This document shows positions 36,213 through 49,125 of a DNA stretch of 64,000 nt, in pieces. Source of the stretch: Felis catus (Eukaryota); contig NC_058383.1 in the NCBI RefSeq assembly GCF_018350175.1, forward strand, positions 3,596,001 to 3,660,000, given 5' to 3'. Numbering within the stretch: the stretch's first letter is position 1; each line of letters begins with the position of its first letter. The position numbers were made by a program, and so were the translations under genes. The notes beneath the pieces were generated by a model. That model saw only the letters and a program-made list of their open reading frames with translations. It was not told the DNA's origin and did not search any database.

Positions 36213-38304
36213 GAGATCCCTCCATCTAGAATTCCGGCCAGTTGCCTCTCCAGCGTGGTGATCGCTTCAACTAAGATGATCTTTATGTCCTAGGAAGATT
36301 TATATTCACAGACAGGATTTGCAAAAGCAGGGAAGTCAGTTCGGGCTCCAGAAACATTTGAACAGCCGCAGTGAAGTTAAAGTCCTTTTCATGCTCAAGC
36401 TAATGAATCAGAATATGTCATGCCTCTTTTCATCCACCCGAAACCCCTTGACTTCAACAGTTGTGGTCATTAGAGGGCTTACATTAGATGCAGGCTTCCC
36501 CCGGTAACCCAGAGAGAGCGTGTCCGTAAAACCTTCCTTAAGCCGCCATGACGTACGGCAAAGCATCCCTGCTTCCTGAAAGTCCACAGTCCGCCATGCC
36601 CGTTCATAAAAGACCCTCATTAGCACGGAAACCAGCTTTTCTCGTAAAATCCAAAATCCCTCTTCAGCTTTCTTCCGGTTAGTGCAGGCACTGCTGTTGA
36701 CCTTTCGTAAAAGCGAGGTGGCATTGAGTGAACTCCCGGAAAGCAGGGCATCCCTGAGCACCCAAATGTCCTTCTCCGCGCCGGTCACCCACGGGCACAT
36801 CAGTGACCAAATGCCAAATGGCTTTGATGTCACTTGTGCCCCCAGATGTCTCCCCGCAGCAAATGCTGCAGAGAGTTTCTGGTGTAAAATCCCAGGAAAG
36901 CAGTGGCTGGGAATGCATCCGTGGAATCGCGTGGTGTGGCCCTCGCGGAGGAGGGGGGCGGCCGCTGGCTCTTTACGGCATCCGGGAACTGGAAAAGATG
37001 GATGGAGGGGGGGGTCTGGGGCCAGGCGCCCAGGCATAAATATTCAGGGTTTTCTTTTCCCCTTTTTATAGATGACAGCGCGAGGCCAGACGAGCCCCAT
37101 TTGCCTCGTCCCAGTCCTGCACATTATTAGCGAGGCCTAAAAGGCCCAGAGCCCAAATGAATTTAGAACAGGTATAAAAAGATATGTGAGGATTTTACTG
37201 GAGCTGGAAATTATGACCCGAGGCCTCCGGCACCTGCGGGCCAGGCCGTGAAACCCAGAGGCACATCGTGCTGTGCAAATGCACGTCCTGTGGAGCTGCC
37301 GGGGTTCGTGGCCGGGATTCCGCCAGGGAACGGACACTCGGGGCAGAGGCTCCAGTGCTGATCCCCATTAGTGTGCAGATCCCCCTCCCCTGCACCTCAT
37401 CCATGACCCCCTCCCGGCCCAACTCGGCGCCTCAGTGTGAAGATGGGTCAGAGGTGTCTTCGAGGCTCAATTGCCGGGGAGACTGGGTGAAGGGCAGGTG
37501 CACCTGTGGGGGCCTGGGGTGGGGGTGCACTCGAGGGAGGCCGAGGGGACAGAACTGGAAAGCCAGGGGGTAACTTGGATGGTTTTTCTGGAGCCGGCTC
37601 TGTGCTATTAGCAAAAGAGAGACTTCGGGCCTTCTGTTTATTCTTTGATTCGTTCAACATCCGAGTACTCGCTGGGCACCTGCCACGGGCACGTTTCATG
37701 CCACCCACCGGATCCCCTGTAAGTCTCTTCTCCGTGGGAAACCCGTACCAGGAAAGGCGCCCCGCCCGCCCGCCCGCCTTGGGCCCTCGTCCGTCTCTGC
37801 CCCACCCCCGCCGGTGCCGACGGGCGACCCGAGGAGCCACCGCCCACGGTTTTCCGAATGTCCCAACAGCCTTCGCCCGTCTCCCTCAGCGGACTCACTC
37901 AGCGGCCGTCAAGTACAGGGTGTCGTTCTCAGAAACGAAATAAATCTGCATGTTTCCAGTCTCCGAAACACGTCTTGTTCAACGAAGCTTCAAGGAAAGG
38001 ACCATTTTGCTTTGGAAACTGATGCGTTTCAAAGCACTTGCCCTGCAGCTCCGGGCGAGTGACACGTTACAGCCTTCGGTGACGAGGACCGGAGCAGGCA
38101 ATGACTTGGACAAACGTTTTTGCAAAGGTATGGATTTCTGCTTCGGGAAGGATGTGAGGGGGACAAATGACTCAAAAGATCAGACTTTGGTTTCCCAAAA
38201 AAGACAGAAGAAGCCTCTCCCGTGAATTACTGGAATGTGGTTTCTTCTCCTTACCTGAATGGCCTTTTTTTTTTCTTAGTTTGATGATTATTTTTGGTTG
38301 TTTT

Positions 38305-38502
38305 GTTTGTTTTATTTATTTTGAGAGAGAGTGCGCTCAAGGGGGAGGGGCAGAGAGAGGCGGGGAGAGAGAATCCCGAGCAGGCTCCGTGCTGTCAGTG
38401 CAGAATCTGATGCAGGGTTCAGATTCACAAGCTGTGACATCACTCGTGATCTGAGCCGAAATCAAGGGCCGGTCGCTGAACCAACTGAGCCACCCAGACG
38501 CT
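38305..38502 (-). mobile_element. Older Can-SINE
   Basis: Diverged SINE body. Confidence 0.88.
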
Positions 38503-38519
38503 GCTGTTTTCGGTTATTT

Positions 38520-39560
38520 TTAAAACCGCTTTTATTGAGATATAACTCCTATGCAGTAACCATACAAATCTTAAGTGTAGAGTGGCCTCATTTTTATATC
38601 TGTTCCCACCTGTGTGACCATCGCCCACATCAAGATATGGACTATTTCCAGCTTCTAGAAGGTTCCGTCGTGGTCCTTCCCCCTTATTCTCCCCCCCCAC
38701 CCGTGCCCCAAACCCCAGCCAGTTTCCTACTTCTCTGCCTGTTCATCCTCTTTATTGTGGACGAGGTTCGGCTGTGTTTGAACTTCGTGCACGTGTGGTG
38801 ACGCCCTAGGGCTGTTCTGGGGCTCTCATTCGTCCGGTCTCCTCTGCTCCGTGTTGGGTCTGAGAGAACTGTTTCAGAGAGTGGCTACAGTTCGCTGCGA
38901 ATATACGCCAGGCATCTCCAGCCCACGGTTCACGAAGGGCTGGGAATCTCCGGGTTGGACTCTCATAATTAAAACTGCTACAAACAGGGCACCTGGGTGG
39001 CTCAGTCGGTTGAGCGTCAGGTCTTGATTTGGGCTCAGGTCATGATCCCAGGATGGTGAGATCGAGCCCCGAGTCAGGCTCCATGCTGAGCGTGAAGCCT
39101 GCTTGAGATTCTCTCTCTCCCTTCCCCTCTCTCTTCCTCTCTCTCTTTCTCTCGCTCTCTTCCTCTCTCTTCCCCCTCCATCTTTTTCTCTCTTCCTCTG
39201 CCCCTCTCTCCTGCTCTCTCTCTCTCTAAAAAAAAAATAATAATAATTAAAAATAATTCAAAAACTCCTACAAAGATACTTGGACGTAGTTTCTCAGGGA
39301 CGTAAGCACCCATTTCTCCCGGAGACCTACTCGGGAGGGGCTTTCTTGGGTCGTGAGAGCGTGTACGTTGTCTGTGCTCAGGAGAAGCCGCACAACTGTT
39401 TTCCCAAGTCCCGAGGGCCACTCTGTGTGTCCAGCAACGAGGTCTGTGCGTCCCAGCGGCTCCTCATCCTGGCGGGGGCGCAGAGGACGCCTATCGTGGC
39501 TTTCGTGTGCATTTCCCGAACACAGAACACGTTCACCCACTCGTGCTCTGCTCTGCTTAC
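38520..39560 (-). mobile_element. Old L1M 3' fragment interrupted by a SINE
   Basis: cttttattgagatataactc...catacaaatcttaagtgta... at the 3' end, continuing after the SINE to ...gtggctttcgtgtgcatttccc. Confidence 0.65.
38987..39260 (+). mobile_element. Can-SINE with an expanded CT tract
   Basis: TSD aaaactgctacaaa/aaaactcctacaaa. About 118 nt pyrimidine tract at 39110-39227. Confidence 0.92.
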
Positions 39561-40704
39561 TGAAATTCTCTCCCACTCTCCAGGCTCATCTTGTAGCTCA
39601 CCTTTTCCGCGAAGCCCCTTGCGACGCTGACCTCCATGATTCGTTCCTTCTCCGACCCTCTGCGGAGAGGCAGACGGCCAGCTTTGCGGGGGAGACCGTG
39701 GGTGTCCCCTCATAGACTCTCCTGCGCCCACGTCGTGACATCGCTCGCTGGCCCGGGCAGAGCCTTTACGCCACGGACACGTGTGATGGGAGGACGGTGC
39801 CCTTTATTCCCATGATCTGCCGGGTGAGTCCGACACCACCGAGCTCCGAGCGAGGGCTCCGGGACCAGCGAGGAGGCCAACAGGTGCGCTAGGGGGTCCC
39901 CGGATACTCTTGACCCCTTTGCCGCCTCTGCTTTATTCCCTTAGAGTTTGAGTCCCGTTTGAGTTCCGGATGTTGGGGGGCCACAGTCTGGAGTCCTCAG
40001 CAGCACCTCCTGCGGTGTGGACACAGATCCCGTCAATAATAGGGGTGACTTTCCCCACCACTGCTGCCGCGGAGATCATGTGCCGTTTCTTGAGCCCTCT
40101 GGTCCTCCTCCGGGCAGAAAGAGCTCCTCCCAGCAAATGCAGCACGGGGGCCTCCCTGCCCCGCCCGGAAGCACACGGTGCTCCCTGGGGAACCTTGCCC
40201 TCCCCGCAGCTGCCCTGGAAGAAACCCAAAACCCGCCCGCTCCCCGGGCTGCTGTGGGCATCTAATAAGCTCAAGTGTGGGAAAGCGGTTTGCCAGCCTG
40301 CGGCTTACAAATAAAGAAGTAAAGAAATGCTCCACATGGCTAGGAACGACTCCCCACGTGCCGCAGTGCGGTTTCACAGGAGTCGATTAGAATAGAGCAA
40401 AGCCTTTATCCACACGCCCCGTGTGTTCCGGGCGCTCTGAGCTCTTTTGACCGCACACCCGTGCGAGCAGCCACGTTTTGAGCTTCGCACATGTGCGTGT
40501 ATTTATTTATTTATGAAGCACCACATGTAGTTCTGTGAGAATATATTACGTACATAATAAAGCAGACTCCAAAATTGGCATTTTTTGAAGGATCAACGAA
40601 AAATAATGAAAAGAGAAGTCTCAAAAGCGGTTTCTGCACTCCCAAAGACTGCTCTGCGTGTCCCCAGACGCAGCACGCCCGCTCTGTTCTCAGATTTCTC
40701 TTTA

Positions 40705-40931
40705 TTTATTTATTTTTTTAAAGGATTTTAACGTTTATTTATTTTTGGGACAGAGAGAGACAGAGCATGAACAGGGGAGGGGCAGAGAGAGAGGGAGACA
40801 CAGAACTGGAAGCAGGCTCCAAGCTCCGAGCCATCAGCCCAGAGCCCGACGCGGGGCTCGAACTCCCGGACCGCGAGATCGTGACCCGGCTGAAGTCGGA
40901 CGCTTAACCGACTGCGCCACCCAGGCGCCCC
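40705..40931 (-). mobile_element. Young Can-SINE
   Basis: Perfect 17-bp TSD tctcagatttctcttta (40688-40704, 40932-40948). Confidence 0.96.
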
Positions 40932-41599
40932 TCTCAGATTTCTCTTTAATGGCAAGGCTCGTGGCACAGAGAAAGCTTTTCCTCGGCCGCATCTCCCTCC
41001 GGGCAGACCCGCTTGCTTTGCTTACGGCCCTTCTCCTCTTGCTGTGTGTTCTCACCTCGCCTCCACCCTCTCTGAGCGCAGCCGTGCTGTCCCTCTGGCA
41101 CGAAAGCAGAAATGGGGCTTGAAAGCGACGTTGGCGGAGGAGGCGGTGGCGCCCCGAGAGCGGGGCTCTCTTACGAGGGCTGGGTGTTCTCACGTAGTGG
41201 TCTCTCTCCTCACCGTCCCACTGACCCCGTCCCACGTTTCTCTGATGCTCATGTAAGTTACAGAATCTGCCCGAACCCCACGGTGAGCAGCTGCCCGAAC
41301 GCGGAGACCCCAGGCCCCCGAGGCTCCCCCGACCGCCCAGGCCGCCTCCACACGGCACCTGTTCACGCTGACCCTCGCGGGAAAGTGGGAGAGAGCCCCC
41401 GGGAGCAGGAAGGAGGAGGAGAGAGAAACCCCGAGAACACCAGTTCATTCAACCTGCAAACAGCAAGGGGGGCAAAGTCTGCAAAAATATGACGAGGTGT
41501 TCCCAGACTGAATTTATAAAGAGCTTGTGTGAATCAGTGAGAAGAATCCCAGGCTCCACAGGTGGACATTCAAAGGACGCTCATAAGAGAAGAAACACA

Positions 41600-41815
41600 G
41601 GGGCGCCTGGGTGGCTCCGTCGGTCAAGCGTCCGACTTCGGCTCAGGGCATGATCTCGCGGTCCGCGAGTTCGAGCCCCGCGTCGGGCTCTGTGCCGACA
41701 GCTCGGGGCCTGGAGCCTGCTTCGGATTCTGTGTCTCCCCCTCTCTCTGACCCTTCCCTGTTCATGCTCCGTCTGTCTCTCTCTCTCAAAAATAAATAAA
41801 TGTTAAAAAAATTTT
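41600..41815 (+). mobile_element. Can-SINE
   Basis: TSD ataagagaagaaa(c/t)aca. Confidence 0.95.
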
Positions 41816-41934
41816 ATAAGAGAAGAAATACAGCTGTAAATAAACGTGTGGGAAGACATTCAACCTCACTAGTAACCGAAAATATAGAGATTTTTTTAAG
41901 CGCTGTGTTCTATTTTACTAACAAATTAGAATTT

Positions 41935-42092
41935 TTAAATTATTATAATTATAATTATATATTATCATATGTATTGTATACGTATACATATATGTGTGCG
42001 CATATTATATGTATGTGTATATTATGTATGTGTGTATATATATGTACATACATATAATATGTACACGTTACATATACATGAAGTATACATAT
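41935..42092. repeat. AT/TG-rich low-complexity repeat
   Basis: tattataattataattatat...tatgtatgtgtatatatatgtacatacatata. Confidence 0.8.
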
Positions 42093-42374
42093 GAAATGTG
42101 GGAAGTGTTAGAGGCATGAACACTCTCAGCGAAACTATACATTGGTAGAAAGTCCCTAGAAAACAATGAAAAAATAAATAATGAAAAAAGTAAAAAGTGT
42201 TCAGCTCACATTCCTACAAGGAAATTATCTGAACCTTATACTACTGTCAGGAAAATAAACCATGCTTCTGTACAAATTTACAGTGGTAAATAAATATATG
42301 GAAACCAAGCCTCCTCAGGTAGCCACACAGTGGGGCCACCATGTGGGGCAAGTTTTAAAATGATTCCCACCCTT

Positions 42375-42785
42375 GGGGCACCCAGGTGGCTCAGTCTGTT
42401 GAGCCTCCCACTCTTGATTTCGGCTCAGGTCACGATCCCAGAGTCTTGAGTTCCAGCCCCACGTTGAGCTCTGCGCTGACAGCACAGAGCCTGCTTGAGA
42501 TTCTTTTTCTCTTTGCCCCTCCCCAGCTCATGCAGGCTCTTTCCCTCTCTCTCTCTCTCTCTCTCAAATAAAATAGGGGCACCTGGGTGGCTCAGTCAGT
42601 TAAGCGTCCAACTCTTGATCTGGGCTCAGGTCATGGTCTTATGGTTCTTGAGTTCGAGCCCCACATCAGGCTCTGGGATTCTCTCTCTCCCTCCCCCCCC
42701 CCCCCCGCCTCTCTCTCTCAAAATAAGTAAATAAACTTCGGGAAAAAAAGAAAAAATGCTTATAAAAAATAGATAAATATAAAAT
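42375..42785 (+). mobile_element. Tandem Can-SINE dimer (42375-42575 and 42576-42785)
   Basis: Two SINE heads in tandem, flanked by taaaat(g/a)attcccacc. Confidence 0.9.
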
Positions 42786-43289
42786 AAAATAATTCCCACC
42801 TTTAACCTGTTGATTCCACTTCAAAAGAAAATCTGGAAGTCTTTTCCAATATGACAGTTGGAAATGTGTACCCCCAAAAAAAGATTCTCAAGAAGATATG
42901 TTTATTGGAACATTATTTGCAAAATGGAATAAATTAGAGACACAGCAAGAGTGACAGAAAAGACGGCATGGTCACATGGTGGGATCTCGTCCCGGTGCCG
43001 TTAGCTGCACGCAGAAGAGTCTTTCACGGCACGAGAAAAGGCCAAAGTGGTAATGCTACGTGGAAAACACCAAAACAGAAGATGGTGCACGGAATGTCAG
43101 CTTATCCACGTAAACATTGCTTGAGAAAAGCCTGGGAAGAAACACGTAACTGCACAACAGCATGTATCTTTAGCAATTGCCTTACAATTAATTTTTCTCA
43201 TAGTTTTGAATGTCCAAAAATTACAGACACCTAAAAAATAATTCACCTGAAAACAGAGGCAGAAATTCCTGCTTACTAATTTTGCTTAG

Positions 43290-43689
43290 GCTGCGCTCTG
43301 CAAGGGAACAGGCAGGGCGGGAGGTGGGCGCTGGGCTGCAGACGGTAGGAGACAAGGGCAGGAGGTGGCCAGTTTCTGGCTCTGCGGGGACGGTCCGGAT
43401 GTGACACGGCCGAAGGCTGGGGGCATCGAGGCGGCAGCCTCCCTGCCCTCCCCAAGGGAGCAGCGAGGGGCGTCCGGACACCGGTCACTGTCAGCTTCGC
43501 CATCGTCACTCCCCCCGCCCCCGAGTCTCTGCCCGGACCCGACGGGTTTCCTACGGCAAACGATCGACGGACGCCCAGGCCGGCCAGGAATCGGCGCGGA
43601 CGACCAAGCCCCCAAAGGTAACGGCCCAGAGGCGCCCAGGAGCCTGTCTCCCGAACGGAGAGCTGGCTTGTTCTTTAAATCGGGGTAAA
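43290..43689. promoter_or_regulatory. CpG-rich patch
   Basis: Dense CpGs by eye (e.g. cgatcgacggacgcccaggccggccaggaatcggcgcggacgacc). Function unknown. Confidence 0.4.
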
Positions 43690-43916
43690 GGGGCGCCTGG
43701 GTGGCACAGTCGGTTGGGCGTCCGACTTCAGCCAGGTCACGATCTCGCGGTCCATGAGTTCGAGCCCCGCGTCAGGCTCTGGGCTGATGGCTCGGAGCCT
43801 GGAGCCTGTTTCCGATTCTGTGTCTCCCTCTCTCTCTGCCCCTCCCCCGTTCATGCTCTGTCTCTCTCTGTCCCAAAAATAAATAAACGTTGAAAAAAAA
43901 ATTTTTTTTTAAAAAA
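43690..43916 (+). mobile_element. Young Can-SINE
   Basis: TSD taaatc(g/a)gggtaaa. Confidence 0.96.
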
Positions 43917-43919
43917 TAA

Positions 43920-44269
43920 ATCAGGGTAAAATACACAAACCATAAAACTGACTGTGTTAACCGTTTTTAGTGTGCTGTTCAGGGGTGGTGGGCACGGATT
44001 TTGTGCAGCCATCACCTCCCTCCATCTCTATGACTTCTCGTCTCGTAAAATGGAAACTCTGTCCCCATTTCCCCACCCCCCAGCCCCCCATACCCACCAT
44101 CCCACTTTCCCTCTCTGTGAGTTTGCTTCCTCTTGGACCTCACAGACGTGGACTCAGCCCGTAATGTCTTCTGGGTCTGCCTTCTTTCACTCAGCATCGC
44201 GTCCTCAAGGTTCACCCATGATGGAGCAGGTGTCAAAGTTTCCTTCCTTTTTAAGGTTGAGTGGCATTC

Positions 44270-44318
<49 letters not shown>

Positions 44319-44700
44319 CGTGTGAGTCCCCAGTCCATCTGTTCATCCATCGGTGCACACTTGGGTGGCTTCCTCCTTTCTCGCCATCATGAGTGATGCT
44401 GCTGTGAACACAGATGTGCAAATAAGACCCTGGTTTCAGTCCTTTGGGGTATTTGTCCAGAAACGGAACTGCTGGGTTCTGTGGTCATTTTCTAGACGTT
44501 TGGAGGAACCGCCATACTGTTTTCCACAGCGGCCGTACCATTTTATCTTCCCACCAGCAGGGCACAAGGTTCAGATTTCTCCAAATCTTTGCCGACACTT
44601 GTTTCTGCCTAGGTTGTGTGTGTGTTGGTTTTGTTTTCTTTTTAATATCCATCCTAATGGGTGTAAAGGGATATGTCATTGTGGTTTCAATTTGTATTTC
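43920..44700 (-). mobile_element. Old L1M(B-like) 3' fragment
   Basis: ...tttggaggaaccgccatactgttttccacagcggccgtaccatttt...cccaccagcag... is antisense L1. Confidence 0.8.
44273..44316. repeat. (TG)22 microsatellite
   Basis: Read directly. Confidence 0.95.
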
Positions 44701-45323
44701 GAGGGGCTTGGCTTTTATGGGCTCTTGCCTCCAGCTCATAAAATTCCATGAGCCTTTGCCATCTATCCGTCATCCTTCCCCTTCCAGGACCTTCCCCCCA
44801 CCATCATCTTCCAACTAAACATCATGGGATGGGTGATTGCAAGCCGCCACCTGCCTGGCCAGGGTCTCTGCTTCCCGGAACCTGGCCACTCACCCAGAGG
44901 GGCGAGAGAAACTTCAGGAGGAAATAGCGCCTTGCCCAACAAGGTCAAGTGGCTCGGGAGCCTTCATAGGGAAGGCTCATGTTTTAAGTGTGAGCCTAAC
45001 TTCTAGAATGTTCTCAGATGGGGGGACGCTGACACCATTGAACCAATAATTACGTGTTAGATGATGCCAGATATTGACTCCAGGATCTCACAGAACGGTG
45101 CAGAGTGGGAATCCTGCCTCAACAGCACTAATGTGTTGAGAGAATAAATATAGTTAAGAATACGCTGAAATTACCCAGTGTGCGCAAAGTAGCCTGACTT
45201 TTGTGCATGCAGCAAACCTTTGTTGAGCAGGCCAGGTGGAGGGCCGCAGGGGTCTGGTGGTGGTCAAGCAGGACAAGGGTTCTGGCCTCGAGGAGCTCAC
45301 CTTCCAGGTGTGACAGGTGGAGA

Positions 45324-45480
45324 CAGGGATGGCTTCGTGGGTGGGAACACCCAGACAAACATAAGAGTCCCACACTGGGTTTAACGTTCCACCGTCGTGA
45401 TCTTGAAATTCTTAATTTTTAGACGAGGGGATCCGCATTTCCATCTGGCCCTGAGCCCTGCAAATACATAAATGCTCCTG
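45324..45480. mobile_element. MER45A-like hAT MITE
   Basis: cagg...cctg ends. Internal tcttgaaattcttaat...ccgcattt...gccctgcaaat resembles MER45A (from memory). Degenerate 8-bp TSD ggtggaga/gatgggga. Confidence 0.7.
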
Positions 45481-45969
45481 GATGGGGAGGAGACACACAG
45501 GTGACAAGCAAGAGAAAGGCAATGGTGATACGTTCAGTGAAGAAAATACAACAGGACAGCAGGTTAGAGAATGGGGAGGGGGCAGAGCTGGGGCTGGGGT
45601 TGGGTGCAGGGCATCCCTCAGAGCCAGTGTTCGGGAGGATCCTGAGAAGGCAGCCTTACCAAGGAAAGTTCTGGGTGGAGGGACAAGGAGGTACAGAGGG
45701 GGAGAGGGCAGGGTCCAGATCCCGAGGGGCTTTGTAGGCCATGGGATGGAGTGGGGCTTCTGACCTCACTGCCGTGACAAGCACTGAGCAGGGGGTGATG
45801 TGATGGGATAGATGCAGGGGGCAAAAATGGAGGCGTGGAGGTCAGTGAGGAGGCGGAGGTCCAGGTGGGGAAGAAGACCACGGTGGATATAGAGAAACCG
45901 ATTGGGTCAGAGACACTTTTGGGAGGTGGACTGATGGCTTGGACGGGGTGTGTTTAAAAAGAAAGAATC

Positions 45970-46184
45970 GGGGCGCTTGGGTGGCGCAGTCGGTTAAGCG
46001 TCCGACTTCGGCCAGGTCACGATCTCGCGGTCCGTGAGTTCGAGCCCCGCGTCGGGCTCTGGGCTGATGGCTCGGAGCCTGGAGCCTGTTTCCGATTCTA
46101 TGTCTCCCTGTCTCTCTGCCCCTCCCCCGTTCATGCTCTGTCTCTCTCTGTCCCAAAAATAAATAAAAAACGTTGAAAAAAAAA
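45970..46184 (+). mobile_element. Young Can-SINE
   Basis: Perfect 17-bp TSD tttaaaaagaaagaatc (45953-45969, 46185-46201). Confidence 0.96.
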
Positions 46185-47044
46185 TTTAAAAAGAAAGAAT
46201 CAAGGAAAACATGTAGGTTTTGTGCCTGAGACAGCGGGTGGATGGTTGGACCACTGACAGAAAAGGGGGGAGTCGGGAAGAACATTTTGACGGGGTCAGA
46301 GAAGTTAGGCCACGTTGAGTCCGCCGTCCCAGGGAGACGGCGAGTGCCCACCAGACGTCCATATACACGTAGACACAGACTATTCTGAGAAAGGAAAGGT
46401 TGTACCAACCCTACAAGCAGTCAGTGGGCCTGCAGCGCACAGCCAAACCACCCCTAACCCCCTGGAAGAGACATACACGTGTCATGATGACGTCCAGTGA
46501 GCTGTGGACAGTTCCACCCAGTGTCACCTGCAGCTCACAGCACCTCCTCTAGAGATCTGAGCGGGCAGACGCGCCCTCGTAGAAATCAGAAAGATAGAAG
46601 TCCTTATTAGCCACATACGCCAGGCTCATTCAGCAGCTACTTAATAAACACCCTTCTCTCCAGCTGGCGGACCCTGCCCGTGAGGTCCTCCTTCAGATGG
46701 AGAATCTAAATATGGTGTGAATGAATCCCACAGGCTCTATCCCCAGGGGGATGTCTGGAAGGGTCTGGAATAAAACCACAGAGTTCAAGGGGTGACTACC
46801 TCCAAGGGAACGCTGGTGATGATCCCCATCTACCGTCTATACCACCATCCCCACCTGCCGTCTACACCGCCGTCCCAAGCACTAGCCGGAGCCCGAGGAG
46901 TTCTGTCCTGAGAGGTAAGCGGGCGGGGCACTCAAATTTCTGGTAACTCAGGGTTTTATAGTCATGCACCTTTTTGTCATTACAAGGTGACATTTGCATA
47001 TAGTGAAATGCCCAGGTCATAAGAGCACACTTAATAAATTGACC

Positions 47045-47256
47045 TTTTTTTTTTTTTTTGAGAGAGAGACAGAGGGAGCATGTACGCACGTGAGCAGGGG
47101 AGGGGCAGAGAGAGAGAGAGGGAGAGAGAGAATCCCAAGCAGGCTTTGTGCTGTCACTGTGGAGTCTCCCTTAGGGCTCAGTGTCAGGACTCTCATATCA
47201 TGACCTGAGCCGAAATCGAGTCGGATGCTTAACCGACTGAGCCCCCCAGGCGCCCC
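47045..47256 (-). mobile_element. Older Can-SINE within an old L1 fragment
   Basis: T tail and SINE body ending aggcgcccc. Confidence 0.9.
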
Positions 47257-48407
47257 AGTTGAGCTTTGATAAACACACGTACCAAGGCCATCAGCACACA
47301 TGTCAAGACATGGAATATGGTCATCACCCCAGACAGTTTCCGTGTGCTCCTCCCAAGGCAAGCTGCGCCCATCATGAGGAACCACTGTCCTGCCTTCTGT
47401 GACTATAGATTAGTCTCGCTGGCTGTTTGAACTTCATAAAATGCAATCATCCAGTATGTATTTTTGTGTTGTTTGTTCCTTTTTATTACCGAGCAATGTA
47501 CCATTCTCCTGGTGACAGACGTTTAAACTGTCTCCAGTTTGGGGCTAAAGCCAGTAATAGTGCTGTCGTCATTCTCGGGAATGCCTTTCGGGGACTGTGT
47601 CTTCATTTCTCCTGGGTAGATATCTCAAGGTGGGAGCCTCGTGGAATTTCTGGAAGGACCTTAAAAGCGTCACTTCCCGTCCGGTCACAGATGGCCTCCT
47701 CCCATTCCGCGTTGACACCATTGTAAAAAGATAATCTGAATGTTCGCCTGGATGTGTCCTGCCAACCCTCTCCAGCCAAGGAGTTTTATAATCTCGGTCT
47801 GCACACTGTGCTTGGAATTTAATTAACTGTATTGAGAAAAAGTGACGACCACCTTATAGTGGCTGTAACACTGAGGGGTTTATGGCCACATATTAAAACC
47901 AAAGCCATAGGGAGACTGGCTTGGAGCCAGACAAATCAGCGGCAAGAAGGGTAAAGATGTGTTGAAAATAAAATTTAATTTTCCAGCTGTGGTTATGAGC
48001 AAGTCACATTCCGGCTTCGCTGTGGGGTCACAGCCTAACAAATGAGGCAGGCATGGAGGCATCGGAAGCCCAGGCGAGCAGCGAACCAAGGAAGATTTAG
48101 CAGCCCCGCGTGTGGGCTGGATCCATAACAAGCACAGCCTCAAAGAAGGATATTAAGTCTGCGTCCTTTTTCGCATAAAGCCTCTTGGTCACAATCAGGG
48201 GAATCACCTGGAACCTATTTAACTAAATCGCTTTGCACAACAAGTCAGGCACAGCAGGGATTAATTCTGTACTCACCTGGAGTAAGAATGTCACCAGTCA
48301 GGCAGGCCCAGCCTTTGCTGCAAAGCCCGTCCGTGCCCGTTCAGAGCCGCCGTGCGGCTATGCGGTCGCTGCGAGCCTGGGTCCTGGACGACGGCTCCAC
48401 TCTCCGC

Positions 48408-48745
48408 TGTATGAGTTTGCTCGGGCTGCCTTAACAAGGTACCGCCAACCCAGTGGCCTAACCATCAGGAGTATCGGCTCACGGTTGTGGAGGCCAGACG
48501 TCTGAGACCGAGGTGTCGGCAGAATCACACTACTGTGCGGGCGCGGGGGGAGGATCCGTCGCAAGCCCCGCCTCCCATCTGTCCTCCTCCGTCCCAGCTC
48601 CTGGTGGCTCCTTGGCTTGTGATGGCGTCACTCCAACCTTCCCATGGCGTTCTCCACGTGTCTGTCTCTTCATGCCACGTTCTTCGTATGATGACACCGG
48701 TCACGTTGGACTTGAGAGCCACCAGTATGGCCTCATCTGTACTCA
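48408..48745. mobile_element. MaLR LTR (MLT1A/B/C-like)
   Basis: tgtatgagtttgctcgggctgccttaacaag...ggaggccagacgtctgagaccgaggtgtcggcag resembles an MLT1 end (from memory). Confidence 0.75.
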
Positions 48746-49125
48746 CCAGGTACTGGGGGAAAGCAGTGAGCCAAGCACTCATTGGCCTTCTTCCATCATC
48801 TGAATTTACATGAGTGTCCAAAAGCAAAGATGTTCCGCTCTCTCCTGGTCCTAATGCTCTCCTTGCCTGGACCTCGGATCTGTGCAGGAAGCGGGGAACT
48901 GGAGCCCCCGGTTTATCCCTCCCTGTGGTGCCGCCCTGAGGGAGGTGTGCACTATGAGGACCTATGAGTTCCTCCCCGGTCGTGCCCGTCCCCGGCCATT
49001 CTCAGGGAGCCTTGCAGAGAGACTGACACAACACGGCACTGTTTTACTTTTCATCGGATTTGATTTGGACGTCCCCGTGGGCTTTGGGGTGTGTCCACGA
49101 GAAGCCGGGCTGGTTTGGTAATACG

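Larger units (their letters stand above)
45205..46340 (-). mobile_element. L2-like relic interrupted by a MER45A-like element and a SINE
   Basis: gcaaacctttgttgagca...gaggagctcaccttccag and ...ggaggtccaggtggg...gacactttt resemble L2. Highly diverged. Confidence 0.5.

Noticed and set aside
36408..37071. 209 aa and 129 aa ORFs as a possible gene or pseudogene
   Set aside because: No recognisable homology, splice structure or poly(A)/TSD signature.
40728..40967. Recurrent similar ORFs (e.g. GAPGWRSRLSVRLQPGHDLAVREFEPRVGL) suggesting a gene family
   Set aside because: All are translations of Can-SINE copies.
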